Part shown: one piece after another, positions 29,609 through 39,147 of the stretch
Numbering within the stretch: the stretch's first letter is position 1
How the letters are laid out: each line of letters begins with the position of its first letter
From: Acetobacterales bacterium
GTDB lineage: Bacteria; Pseudomonadota; Alphaproteobacteria; Acetobacterales; Acetobacteraceae
Assembly (NCBI GenBank): GCA_038229175.1
Contig: JBBROR010000001.1
Span: 1-50,337, forward strand
DNA length: 50,337 nucleotides
Direction: 5' to 3'
Notes under the pieces: model-generated
Database searches by the model: none
What the model saw: only the letters and a program-made list of their open reading frames with translations
Told to the model about the DNA's origin: nothing
Made by a program: the position numbers and the translations under genes

Positions 29609-30454
29609 GTCGAGATTATGCTGAACCAGGACGGCTTCCTTTGGGAAGATCGCCACGGCGCCGGCATGACCAAGATCGGGGAAATGTCGGCCACCCGCGC
29701 CGAAAACCTGATCGGCACCATCGCCAACGATCTAGGGGTGGACGCGAGCCGCGACCTGATCGTGGAAGGCGAGCTGTCACTGGATGGGAGCCGTTTCGAG
29801 GGCATCTTGCCGCCACTCGTTGAGCGGCCCATTTTCGCGCTTCGCAAGAAGGCGGTTCTGATCTACACCTTCGCCGACTACGTGCGCGACGGGATCATGA
29901 CCGAGGCCCAGCGCCAGGTGCTGATCGGCCACATCAAACTGAAACACAATATCCTGGTCGTCGGGGGCACTGGTTCCGGGAAGACCACCCTATGCAACGC
30001 GATACTTCAAATGATCGCCGAACTGTTTCCAAACACGCGCATGGCCATCATCGAGGACACCCGCGAGCTGCAGTGTCCCATTGAAAACAAGTTCAATCTG
30101 CGCACCAGCAAGACCGTTGACTATACGGAGCTGCTGCGCGTGTGCATGCGCCTGCGACCTGACAGCATCACAGTCGGCGAGGTGCGCGACAAGGCCGCGC
30201 TGGCGCTCATCAAGGCATGGAACACCGGCCACGGCGGCGGCACCGGCACCACCCATGCGAACGACGCCCAGGCAGGCTTGACCCGGATTGAGCAACTGAT
30301 CCAGGAGGCCAATGTGCCGCCTATCAAAGCTGTGATCGCGGACGCCATCCACTGCGTTGTCAGCATCCAGAAAACCGCCGAAGGGCGCCGCATCAACCAG
30401 ATTTGCACCGTTAAAGGAGGGTCACCCGATGGCTACGACTTAGAGTTTCATTAA
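29495..30454 (+). CDS. trbB: VirB11/TrbB-family secretion ATPase, 319 aa
   Basis: Walker A VVGGTGSGKTT, Asp box AIIEDTRE, His box GHGGGTGTTHAN. Confidence 0.9.
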   Translation: MNAKHRDGPHNEARSRLEGKLARELGDVILAALADPEVVEIMLNQDGFLWEDRHGAGMTKIGEMSATRAENLIGTIANDLGVDASRDLIVEGELSLDGSRFEGILPPLVERPIFALRKKAVLIYTFADYVRDGIMTEAQRQVLIGHIKLKHNILVVGGTGSGKTTLCNAILQMIAELFPNTRMAIIEDTRELQCPIENKFNLRTSKTVDYTELLRVCMRLRPDSITVGEVRDKAALALIKAWNTGHGGGTGTTHANDAQAGLTRIEQLIQEANVPPIKAVIADAIHCVVSIQKTAEGRRINQICTVKGGSPDGYDLEFH

Positions 30455-30490
30455 TGGCATCAATTATAATATTTGCGTAGCGACAAGAAA

Positions 30491-30507
30491 TATAATTGGT
30501 GCTATAC
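30491..30507 (+). promoter_or_regulatory. 18-nt box variant (aTATAATTGGTGCTATAC) upstream of the pilin gene
   Basis: 16/18 match to the traG box. Lies 50 nt upstream of ATG 30558. Confidence 0.5.
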
Positions 30508-30557
30508 TCAGAAGGCAGTAAAACCTTAATTTCTTCATAACTTAAAGGACTTGAAGC

Positions 30558-30929
30558 ATGAATCAACTCAAAAACCTGGGCGCCCAAGTACAAGCTCGTA
30601 TGGCCGCTCTCAAGAACTTGCAATACAAGGGCACGCAGGCTGTAACTGGCCTGCTGATCGCCGCACTCAGCTCGCCGGCTTTCGCTGGCTCGCCATCTTC
30701 GACGGGTTCGAGCATGCCGTGGGAAGCGCCGCTGGACACCATCCTGACCTCGATCCAGGGTCCGGTCGCTCGCGTGTTCATCCTGATTTCGATCATCGTC
30801 TGCGGCCTCGGCATGGCCTTCGGCGAACATGGCGGCGGTTTCAAAAAGGTGATGGGCATTGCATTCGGTGGCGCTATCGTCATCGGCGCGGTGTCCTTCG
30901 TGTCCACCCTGTTCGGCGCATCGTTCTAA
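30558..30929 (+). CDS. trbC: VirB2/TrbC-type pilin precursor, 123 aa
   Basis: Long leader ending SSPAFAG, two hydrophobic helices and the position after trbB. Confidence 0.8.
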   Translation: MNQLKNLGAQVQARMAALKNLQYKGTQAVTGLLIAALSSPAFAGSPSSTGSSMPWEAPLDTILTSIQGPVARVFILISIIVCGLGMAFGEHGGGFKKVMGIAFGGAIVIGAVSFVSTLFGASF

Positions 30930-30943
30930 GGGTAGGGCGGATC

Positions 30944-31255
30944 ATGAGCGAACTTCGCAAAGTCGTACTGCACCAGTCGCTGATCCGCCCCATTCTTTTG
31001 GGCGGCGCAGAACGGACCTTGGCGCTTTTGAATGGTGTGATCGCGGCCGGTTTGATCTTCGGCATCGGCAGCTGGCAGGCCGGCGCGCTCGGTTTTGTCT
31101 TCGCCATCGGCGTGCATTGGGGCTTGGTCGAGCTGGCCAAGAAGGACACCCAATTCTTCGACATTTACAAGCGACACATCACGTACCAAGACTACTACCC
31201 TGCGCAGGCGGCTAACTCCGCGCCCGCGCCTATCATTAAATATTTCCACGTTTAA
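30944..31255 (+). CDS. trbD: VirB3/TrbD-like protein, 103 aa
   Basis: LHQSLIRPILLGGAERTLALLNG plus two TM segments. Only the 3' third of track ORF 30551..31255 is used. Confidence 0.8.
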   Translation: MSELRKVVLHQSLIRPILLGGAERTLALLNGVIAAGLIFGIGSWQAGALGFVFAIGVHWGLVELAKKDTQFFDIYKRHITYQDYYPAQAANSAPAPIIKYFHV

Positions 31256-31268
31256 AGAGGAAAAACCA

Positions 31269-33761
31269 ATGCTGGCACTAAAGGAATTTCGGTCCCGCTT
31301 GAAGGGACTGCCCGACCTGCTGAATTGGGGCGCGATGATTGATCCAGGGGTTATGCTCAACAAAGACGGCAGTTTCACGACTGCCTTCTACTTTCGCGGG
31401 CAAGACCTTTCTTCATCAACTAACGAAGAGCTTGCCGCTCTATCGGCGCACGCGAACGCGGCGCTGATTAAGCTGGGAACCGGCTGGATGATCCATACGG
31501 ACAGCACCCGGATCAAGGCGACAAGTTACCCTGCGGAGAACCGCAGCTTCTTCCCCGACCCCACCACCAGATTGATTGAAGCCGAGCGCCGCGCCCAGCA
31601 CGAAACCGAGGGCGCGCACTTCGACAACATCTACACCATGGCGCTGACCTACCTGGTCCCGCCTGAACTGCAAAGCCGCCTCACCGCCCTGTTCGTGGAC
31701 GACGACGCGGCCGACGCTCGGCAAAGCAAGGCGACCAACTACACGGCGCTCCTGACCCGCTTCAAGGGCATGGTTGACGACGTGATGGGCGCATTCGCCG
31801 CCGGCCTGCAGATGCGAAAAATGAGCAGCGACGAGCTGCTGACCTACCTGCACAACTGCCTCACAGGATTGACGCACCAGGTCAAGACGCCAGCGGTCCC
31901 GATGTACCTGGACGCGATCCTGGGCAGCAAGGATTTTTACACCGGCCTGGCCCCGCGCATCGGCAAGAAGCATATCCGCGTCATTACCTTGTTCGGCTTC
32001 CCAGGTGAGAGCGCACCGGGCATTCTCGACTCACTGAGTCGCCTTGCGTTTGAATACCGCTGGTCCACGCGCTTTATTCCGCTCGACCAACGCGACGCCG
32101 AAAAGCGGCTCAACGTCTTTCGCCGCAACTGGTTCCAGAAGCGTCACGGCTTGATGGGCCTGGTCAAAGCAGCTGCAGGGCAGGGCGAACAAACCTTCCA
32201 GAACGGCGACGCCGTTCGCATGGCGGTCGATGCCGACAACGCCGTGAATGAGAACAGCGAGGGCGCCGTGCGCTACGGCTTCTATACCGGCGTCCTGCTC
32301 ATCATGGACGAGGACGCGACGATTGCGGACGAACGCGCCGCAGAGGTGGCCAAGATGCTCGGCAATTCGGGTTTCCCGAGCTTTGTCGAAGACATCAATG
32401 CGGTCGAAGCTTACCTGGGGAGCCTGCCCGCCCACGGCTTCCAGAACGTGCGCCGTCCACTGATCCACACGCTGAACTTGTCCGACCTCCTGCCGCTGAC
32501 GGCTATCTGGTCCGGTCCCGAAGTGCATCCGGCGCCGGCCGACTTCTACCCGGCAGGAAGCCCGCCGTTGCTGTACGCGGCGACCACTGGCGCGACGCCG
32601 TTCCGGCTTTCGTTGCACGTCGGCGACCTCGGAAACTTCTGTGTCCTCGGCCCACCAGGCGCCGGCAAATCGACGCTGCTATGTCTGCTCATCGCGCAGC
32701 ACTTCCGCTATCAGAATGCGCAGGCGTTTTGCTTCGACTACGGCTATTCGATGGTCACGCTTTGCGAAGCTTCGCGTGGCTACCATTGCGACATTGGCGC
32801 CGAGGGATCGAATGTCGGCTTCTGCCCGCTGGCAAACATCGACACCGACGCGGATCGCTTTTGGGCGGCCGACTACATCGAACTGCTGGTCACGCTGCGC
32901 CTGCCGAAAGACGAATCGCTCTCGCTCGATGAGAAGAACGAGATTACGCGGGCCATCTACAAGCTCGCCGAGGACACCACGGAGTCGCATCACCGGACAC
33001 TGACGCACTTGATGGGCACCATCCAAAACAAGCGCATCAAGTCGGCACTGATCTACTACACATGCGACGAGTCCCACGGCAAGCTCGGGCACCTTCTCGA
33101 TGCGGAGGTGGACAGCCTCACGACCAATAACTTCATGGTCTTCGAGACGATGCACCTGATGAACATGGGCGAAGCGGCGATCATCCCGGTCCTGATGTAC
33201 CTGTTCCGCCAGATCGAGAAGCGCGTCAAGAAGTCCATACCTACGATGGTTCCGATTGATGAAGGCTTCCGCAGCTTCGGGCACCCGCTCGCAATCGCCC
33301 GCTTGGGAGCATGGCTTGAGACGATGCGCAAGGAAAATGCCGCCGTTGGTTTTGCTACGCAAAATCCTGGCAGCTTGTTGAACACCTTGATCGGCCAGAT
33401 CATCATTCAGACAACGGCAACGAAATTCATGCTGCCGAATCCTGAAGCGACGACGCCGCAGATCATGCCGATCTACGAGGCGTTCGGCTTGAATAATCGT
33501 CAGATTCAAAACATCGCTTTCGCAACAAAGAAGCGTGACTACTACGTGATGAATTCGGATGGCCGGCGCATGTTCGAGCTTGGCCTTGGGAAGGTCGCAC
33601 TTGCCTTTGTCGGCGCATCAGGCAAAGAGCATGCAATCCGCGTGCAGAAGATGAAAGCCCAGCACGGCGACGAATGGGTGTATCGCTATCTCCAGGAGCA
33701 AGGCTTACCGCCCGACTGGAGCAACTACTGGCATCGTTTAAACAAGGAGATGACGCAATGA
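31269..33761 (+). CDS. trbE: VirB4/TrbE ATPase, 830 aa from ATG 31269
   Basis: AGAGGA SD. Walker A GPPGAGKST. Walker B-like region IPTMVPIDEGF. Confidence 0.9.
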   Translation: MLALKEFRSRLKGLPDLLNWGAMIDPGVMLNKDGSFTTAFYFRGQDLSSSTNEELAALSAHANAALIKLGTGWMIHTDSTRIKATSYPAENRSFFPDPTTRLIEAERRAQHETEGAHFDNIYTMALTYLVPPELQSRLTALFVDDDAADARQSKATNYTALLTRFKGMVDDVMGAFAAGLQMRKMSSDELLTYLHNCLTGLTHQVKTPAVPMYLDAILGSKDFYTGLAPRIGKKHIRVITLFGFPGESAPGILDSLSRLAFEYRWSTRFIPLDQRDAEKRLNVFRRNWFQKRHGLMGLVKAAAGQGEQTFQNGDAVRMAVDADNAVNENSEGAVRYGFYTGVLLIMDEDATIADERAAEVAKMLGNSGFPSFVEDINAVEAYLGSLPAHGFQNVRRPLIHTLNLSDLLPLTAIWSGPEVHPAPADFYPAGSPPLLYAATTGATPFRLSLHVGDLGNFCVLGPPGAGKSTLLCLLIAQHFRYQNAQAFCFDYGYSMVTLCEASRGYHCDIGAEGSNVGFCPLANIDTDADRFWAADYIELLVTLRLPKDESLSLDEKNEITRAIYKLAEDTTESHHRTLTHLMGTIQNKRIKSALIYYTCDESHGKLGHLLDAEVDSLTTNNFMVFETMHLMNMGEAAIIPVLMYLFRQIEKRVKKSIPTMVPIDEGFRSFGHPLAIARLGAWLETMRKENAAVGFATQNPGSLLNTLIGQIIIQTTATKFMLPNPEATTPQIMPIYEAFGLNNRQIQNIAFATKKRDYYVMNSDGRRMFELGLGKVALAFVGASGKEHAIRVQKMKAQHGDEWVYRYLQEQGLPPDWSNYWHRLNKEMTQ

Positions 33762-34507
33762 TGAACAAGACTTTACGCAAGGCCGTTGTCGTCGCGCTGG
33801 CCGGCTCGATGGTGGTGTCGGCGAACGCCGGCACCGTCGCGGGCAATGGCGGCTCGACCGAGATAACGCAGATTCTCAACAACTTCGAGCTGCTGACCCA
33901 ATCGGCGCAAATGTACGAGGAAGTGCAGAACACCATCCAGCAAGTGACGATGATGCAGGCGCAGCTGAAAAACCTGATCGCGGCGCCGCAGATGGTATGG
34001 GGCCAGGCGCAAGCCGATCTGCAGGCGCTCACGCAGCTGGTCGCCAAGGGGCAAGCGCTTGGCTACGCCCTCGGCAACATTGACCAGGTGTTCGCGCAAA
34101 AATACCCAGGCTATAACGGCGTCGCCAAAAAAGGAAATTACCAGGCAGCGGCGAAAGAATGGATCGCAACTGGCCTCGACAGCCTGAACTCGGCAATGTC
34201 GCAGGCGGGCCTGCAGTCCAATCAGTTCGCCACCGAGCAGTCGGCAATGGACAACATTCAGAACATCGCCGCAGGTTCGCCTGGCTCGCTGCAAGTGGCC
34301 CAGGCCGGCGTGATGGTGGCCGGCCAACAGGTTCAGCAACTGCAGAAGCTGCGGCAGCTGTTCATGGCGCAGATGCAGGCCCAAAACGCCTACCTGGCAG
34401 GGGAACAGCAGGGCAAGGCGAACGCGCACAACACGAACGAATACCACTTCGTGCCCTATACACCGCCATCAGGTACGGTATTTAGCAGCAGCGGCGGCAA
34501 GAATTGA
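33758..34507 (+). CDS. trbJ: VirB5/TrbJ-like periplasmic protein, 249 aa
   Basis: Signal peptide MMNKTLRKAVVVALAGSMVVSANA, helical and Gln-rich. Start overlaps the trbE stop. Confidence 0.75.
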   Translation: MMNKTLRKAVVVALAGSMVVSANAGTVAGNGGSTEITQILNNFELLTQSAQMYEEVQNTIQQVTMMQAQLKNLIAAPQMVWGQAQADLQALTQLVAKGQALGYALGNIDQVFAQKYPGYNGVAKKGNYQAAAKEWIATGLDSLNSAMSQAGLQSNQFATEQSAMDNIQNIAAGSPGSLQVAQAGVMVAGQQVQQLQKLRQLFMAQMQAQNAYLAGEQQGKANAHNTNEYHFVPYTPPSGTVFSSSGGKN

Positions 34508-34561
34508 TCGTTTTTGAATGCGTAACTCCTTGATTTTTCAGGGAGTTATTATTCTTCAACT

Positions 34562-34579
34562 GTATAATTCGTGCTATAC
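34562..34579 (+). promoter_or_regulatory. 18-nt box GTATAATTCGTGCTATAC upstream of the trbK-position gene and trbL
   Basis: Identical over 19 nt to the reverse complement of 1062-1080. Confidence 0.6.
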
Positions 34580-34615
34580 TTATGGCGTGTAAATCCACCT
34601 TCAGGAGGCGCAAAA

Positions 34616-34900
34616 ATGATGATGATTTTCGGCTTCGGTTCACCGCTGGTCGAGCTGCTTGTGCGCCTGGTGATCTGGCTTTACATGCCCGCTCTGATCT
34701 GCATCCTGATCGGCTTCAGATTTATGAGGGACTGCCTCCTGGCCCTCACCAATCGACGGGATATGCCGGCACCAGATCGCTACCAGCTGGCGCGACACCT
34801 GGCCTTCCAAGGCGTGCAAGGCCTGGGCGTCGGCGTAGTGATTTTCTTTGTTATCTATTTCCGAAAGGAGCTGTACCAATGCGTTACCGGCCTATTCTGA
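34616..34900 (+). CDS. Small membrane protein, 94 aa, in the TrbK (entry exclusion) position
   Basis: AGGAGG SD. Three hydrophobic segments. No lipobox, so the assignment rests on position only. Confidence 0.55.
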   Translation: MMMIFGFGSPLVELLVRLVIWLYMPALICILIGFRFMRDCLLALTNRRDMPAPDRYQLARHLAFQGVQGLGVGVVIFFVIYFRKELYQCVTGLF

Positions 34901-36909
34901 AACCGGCGGTCTGGTTCGGCCTCACCATGGCGCTGTTTGCGATCATGATGATGCCGGCATCCGCTCAAAACATTCTCGACACCGTTGGCACCCAGTACAA
35001 GGCCGCCAGCGGCACCTGGGAAGCCATCCTGGTCCCAATCGCCAAGGCCCTATTCCTCAAGCTCGCCTTGATCGAACTGCTTTGGTCGTCCATCTGGTGG
35101 GTCATCGAGCGCGACGACCCCAATCAGATACTCGTGTCACTGCTCCGCAAGATCATGCCGCTGATGTTCTTTTGGGCGATCCTGCTGAACTTCGGCACCT
35201 GGATACCCGCGATCATCAACGGCTTCGTTGAGGCGGGCAAGTCGGCCGGCGCAACGGGCGACCTGACGCCATCGAGCGTGCTGGATCGCGGCCTGGAAAT
35301 CGCCACGAAGATTTGCGACGCCGCGAACAAAATGGGCCTGTTCGACAACATCAGCCAGTACATTCTCGCCGGCCTGTCCGCGATCTGTATCCTGCTGGCG
35401 TTCGCCGTCATCGCCGGACAGATGCTCGTTACGCTGGTCGAGAGCTACATCGTAGTTTCGGGCGGCGTCATCTTCCTGGGATTCGCCGGTAGCCGCTGGA
35501 CCGCGACGTTCTCGGAAAAGTACATCAGCTACGCCGTCAGCGTTGGCGTGAAATTGTTCGTGACGTACCTGATTATCGGCGCAGGACAGCACCTATCCGA
35601 TACCTGGGCCGCGATGATTACCACGGACATGAAGGTATCCGACTACCTGACGATCCTGGCCGGCTCGCTGGTCTATATGTTCCTCGCCTGGCAAATTCCT
35701 GGCATAGCGGCCTCGATGTTGACCGGAGCGGTCAGCATGACACTCGGCAGCGCCATGGCCACGGTGGGCACCATGGCGGCGGGGATGGCCGGCGCAGCTG
35801 GCGCGGCGCAAGCGGCAGTCGGCGGCGCTGCCAACGGCGTCGCCGGCGCCGTCAAGGCAGGCAATTCCGCGATGAACCAGGCCAAGGAGAAGGGCGCAAC
35901 AAATTTCGGCGGCATGGTAGCGGGAACGACGAGCGCACTTGCCGGCGGCATGATGGATTCGGCGAAGGACACCATCAAGGGCTTCGGCGCCGGTTCCTCG
36001 GGCGGCAACCTGGCCAACCGGATCGATAACAAAACCGCCTCGATCCGCGAAAGCAATGCGGCCGGCGCGCCCGCCGCATCGGTCCCAGGCGGCCAGCCAT
36101 CGGCACCAGCTGCGCCAGCTGGTCCGGCGGCAGAGAAACCACCTGGCGGCGGCGATCAAACGCCACCGAAGCCGGACACCACGCCGAACGTCCCGACCCG
36201 GCCAACCCCGCCGGCGCCGACAGGCGGCGCGGCCGCGCCGACCGGACCGGCCGCGCCGGGATCGGGAAGCACGGCCGGCGCAGCAGCTGCAGGCGGGGCC
36301 GCGACACCGGCACCAGGAACAGCCGGCGCCGGCTCGGCAAGCACCGGCTCGGCCAGCGCAACCGGGCCAGCTGCGCCGGGATCGGCCAGCGCAGACAGCG
36401 CGACGGCCGGCGCCGAATCGCCCCAACCCGAGGCGCCGACAAGCAGCGTGATTGACACCAGCGGCGACGTGGGGCAGGCACTGGCGGCCCGCGACAGCGG
36501 CGCCAGCGCACCGCCGGCACCAGCAGCGGCGCCAGTGGCAACTGCGCCAGCACCGGCCAGCACATCGAGCGCGGGCGCAGCGACGCCGGCGGCCGGCGCT
36601 GCAGGTAGTTCGACAGCTGCAGGTAGCTCGACACCAGCGGCCAGTGCACCAGGTGCGGCCGCCGGTCCGACCTCGGGCGCCCCGGCCGGCACCGATTCAT
36701 CGACCAGCAGCGCAGCGGGATCGCCGGCAGGCGCGCCAGCCGCACCACAACCACCGGCATCGCCGCCTCCCCAAAACGAATTGCCAAAGGATGAAAAAGA
36801 CAAACAGAACGCGATGCAAAAATTTGCCGATGTAGCGGCCGCGCTGGGCAGCGTACCGAACGACGCCGCCGGCGGCGCCGGCGTCCAGATCAATCTGAAA
36901 CACGACTAA
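34879..36909 (+). CDS. trbL: VirB6/TrbL, 676 aa, with a roughly 300-aa Ala/Pro/Gly/Ser-rich C-terminal extension
   Basis: AAAGGAG SD. Signal peptide, then 6-7 TM segments, then a low-complexity tail. Confidence 0.85.
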   Translation: MRYRPILKPAVWFGLTMALFAIMMMPASAQNILDTVGTQYKAASGTWEAILVPIAKALFLKLALIELLWSSIWWVIERDDPNQILVSLLRKIMPLMFFWAILLNFGTWIPAIINGFVEAGKSAGATGDLTPSSVLDRGLEIATKICDAANKMGLFDNISQYILAGLSAICILLAFAVIAGQMLVTLVESYIVVSGGVIFLGFAGSRWTATFSEKYISYAVSVGVKLFVTYLIIGAGQHLSDTWAAMITTDMKVSDYLTILAGSLVYMFLAWQIPGIAASMLTGAVSMTLGSAMATVGTMAAGMAGAAGAAQAAVGGAANGVAGAVKAGNSAMNQAKEKGATNFGGMVAGTTSALAGGMMDSAKDTIKGFGAGSSGGNLANRIDNKTASIRESNAAGAPAASVPGGQPSAPAAPAGPAAEKPPGGGDQTPPKPDTTPNVPTRPTPPAPTGGAAAPTGPAAPGSGSTAGAAAAGGAATPAPGTAGAGSASTGSASATGPAAPGSASADSATAGAESPQPEAPTSSVIDTSGDVGQALAARDSGASAPPAPAAAPVATAPAPASTSSAGAATPAAGAAGSSTAAGSSTPAASAPGAAAGPTSGAPAGTDSSTSSAAGSPAGAPAAPQPPASPPPQNELPKDEKDKQNAMQKFADVAAALGSVPNDAAGGAGVQINLKHD

Positions 36910-36933
36910 CAACGACTGAAAGGATTTCCCAAA

Positions 36934-37686
36934 ATGAGCAATATGATTACGGATTTTTTGAACGGCAAACAAGCAGGCCGGCGCGCCGACGACCGACGCG
37001 GCCCCCAGGTCGAGCCGGTCACAGGGCAGCGCGTGGATCGTCCCATGGAGTCGCCGTATGTAAGCGCCCGCCGCGAATGGAACGAGCGTTACGGCAGCTA
37101 CATCGCCCGCGCCCGTACCTGGCAAATGGTCGCGCTGGCCTCCATGGGACTGTCGGCCATCCTCGGGCTGTGCCTGGTCAAGATCGCCAGCCAGTCGAAG
37201 GTGCAGCCGTTCATCGTTGAAGTGACCAAGCTGGGCGAGTCCGTGGGCGTCAAGATGGCCGACGCAGCCGCCGGTATGCCGGACCAGAAAATCATGCGCT
37301 ACCAGCTGGCGAACTTCATCACCAACGCCAGGAGCGTTACCCCCGACCCCATCGTGCAAAAGCGCTGGCTCGATAGCGTCTATGCCGTTTCCACATCGAG
37401 CGCGGCGAACTTCCTGAACGAGTATTACCGCAAGGCCGACCCGTTCCAACGTGGCCGGACGAACATGGTGGCCGTCGAAATTGCGACCGCGCTCCCATTG
37501 AGCAAGGGCAGCTGGCAAGTCGAATGGACCGAGACGACGCGGGGCATGAATGGCCTGACCGAGGGCACGACCCGCTGGCAAGCCATCTTGACCATCAATT
37601 TCTATCCAGGGACGACGCCGCAGCAGATCATCGCCAACCCGACCGGCATCGTGATCGAGACGATCAACTGGACCCAAAAGCTGTAA
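36934..37686 (+). CDS. trbF: VirB8/TrbF, 250 aa
   Basis: Single TM segment (MVALASMGLSAILGLCLV) and an NTF2-like C-terminal domain with SWQVEWTETT. Confidence 0.85.
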   Translation: MSNMITDFLNGKQAGRRADDRRGPQVEPVTGQRVDRPMESPYVSARREWNERYGSYIARARTWQMVALASMGLSAILGLCLVKIASQSKVQPFIVEVTKLGESVGVKMADAAAGMPDQKIMRYQLANFITNARSVTPDPIVQKRWLDSVYAVSTSSAANFLNEYYRKADPFQRGRTNMVAVEIATALPLSKGSWQVEWTETTRGMNGLTEGTTRWQAILTINFYPGTTPQQIIANPTGIVIETINWTQKL

Positions 37687-37726
37687 ATCGCTGACCCACA
37701 CTTTTCGATTAGGACACTAGCCCATC

Positions 37727-39133
37727 ATGGACAAAACTTTCACCACCACCGCCGTTTCCGCCGCCCTCGCCATGGCGTTTACCTCGTTCGCATACGCCGC
37801 CGACACGCCGGCGCCGGTAGCGACAGCAAAAGCGCCTGGCACCGTTGCCGCGCCAGCGCCGGCAACGCTGTCGTACATGCCCGCAGCGGCCGCCGCGACC
37901 GCGCCAGCCGTGAAGACGGCCGACAGCAAGACCGTCGCCGCAGCTTGCCAGGCCACGACCCCGGCGTGCGCGACCGCGCCGGCCGTGGCCGAGGCCAAGC
38001 CTGTCGTAAAGCACCACTACAAGCCACGGCCGAAGCCGGCCGAACCGAACCATATCGCGCCCGCCACCTTCGACTTCAATTTCCGGGGCGATATCTGGAA
38101 CGCGCTGCAGGCCCTGAATGACAAACAGCCGCAGCTGCAGATCGGCAAGGCCGGCACGCCGACCACGATCCCGGTGCGCCTGGAACTGCGCGGCGTGAGC
38201 CTGGTTGACGCCCTGCGCGCCCTGGGCGAGCAGGGCGGCAACGCCGCCGATGTGGTCTACAACAGCACGACGAACACGGCCCGTCTCGTATACCGCGAAA
38301 AGCAGGACGTGGGCGCGAACACCGTGGCCGAGTCCAAGAACTGGCAACACGGCGGGACGGCGCGCCCGATCATGGGCGCTGACGGCCTGCTGCAGTTCCC
38401 ATTCGGCCAGTACCAGCCGACCCTGACGTGCCAGCCGCTGCGCGCCTGCGACATTCAGCTGCAGGAAGGCGAGCTGATTAACAATGTGATCCTGGGCGAC
38501 ACCGTGCGCTGGATCGTGGCGCCAGCGACAACCGGCAACGGCGCATCGGCAACGCCGCACGTCATCATCAAGCCGCGTGAAGTGGCGCTGAACACGAACC
38601 TGGTCATCACCACCAACCGCCGGACCTACATGCTCACGCTCCTGTCGAGCGAAGTGCAATACGTCTCGCGTGTCGGGTTCTACTACCCGAACGACATGGT
38701 GCAGGATTGGAACGGCCAGGCCGAAGATGCGCGCCGCAAAGCGGAGCAAGAGGCAAGCCGCAAAATCTCGGACATGCCCATCGCCAGCATCGAGCAGCTG
38801 AACCTGGACAGCTACCGCGTGAAGGGCGACAAGTCGCTGCCCTGGTATCCGGTTCGCGTCTTCGATGAAGGCACGCACGTCTGGATTCAAATGCCCGCCA
38901 GCATCAAGGCGAGCGAAGCGCCCGCCCTGGTCCTGATCGGCAAGGACGGCGCCTCGGAGCTGGTCAACTACCGCGTCAAGGAAGCCGACCAGGGCGGCGC
39001 CAAAGTGACGTACTACATCGTGGACAAGCTGTTCGCAAAGGCCGCGCTCATCATCGGCGTAGGTGGCGACCAGCAAAAGATTGAAATCGTCAAACACGAC
39101 AAGAACACCAGCTGGTTTTCCGGCAACAACTAA
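37727..39133 (+). CDS. trbG: VirB9/TrbG, 468 aa, with an Ala/Pro-rich N-terminal extension
   Basis: Signal peptide. CQPLRACDIQLQEGELINNVILGDTVRWIVAP...NLVITTNRRTYMLTL. Confidence 0.85.
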   Translation: MDKTFTTTAVSAALAMAFTSFAYAADTPAPVATAKAPGTVAAPAPATLSYMPAAAAATAPAVKTADSKTVAAACQATTPACATAPAVAEAKPVVKHHYKPRPKPAEPNHIAPATFDFNFRGDIWNALQALNDKQPQLQIGKAGTPTTIPVRLELRGVSLVDALRALGEQGGNAADVVYNSTTNTARLVYREKQDVGANTVAESKNWQHGGTARPIMGADGLLQFPFGQYQPTLTCQPLRACDIQLQEGELINNVILGDTVRWIVAPATTGNGASATPHVIIKPREVALNTNLVITTNRRTYMLTLLSSEVQYVSRVGFYYPNDMVQDWNGQAEDARRKAEQEASRKISDMPIASIEQLNLDSYRVKGDKSLPWYPVRVFDEGTHVWIQMPASIKASEAPALVLIGKDGASELVNYRVKEADQGGAKVTYYIVDKLFAKAALIIGVGGDQQKIEIVKHDKNTSWFSGNN

Positions 39134-39147
39134 TCAAGGGGCGCGCA

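Noticed and set aside
30551-30943. 5' two thirds of track ORF 30551..31255, which overlaps the pilin gene in another frame
   Set aside because: Only the part from ATG 30944 matches VirB3/TrbD. The upstream part is an out-of-frame reading of trbC.
35593-37701. Several 245-334-aa ORFs on the minus strand and in other plus frames across the trbL tail (35593..36426, 35975..36787, 36156..36893, 36697..37701, 36056..36451, 36452..36835)
   Set aside because: These are artefacts of the Ala/Pro/Gly-rich, stop-poor low-complexity region. They have no SD sequences, and their products are Arg/Pro repeats.
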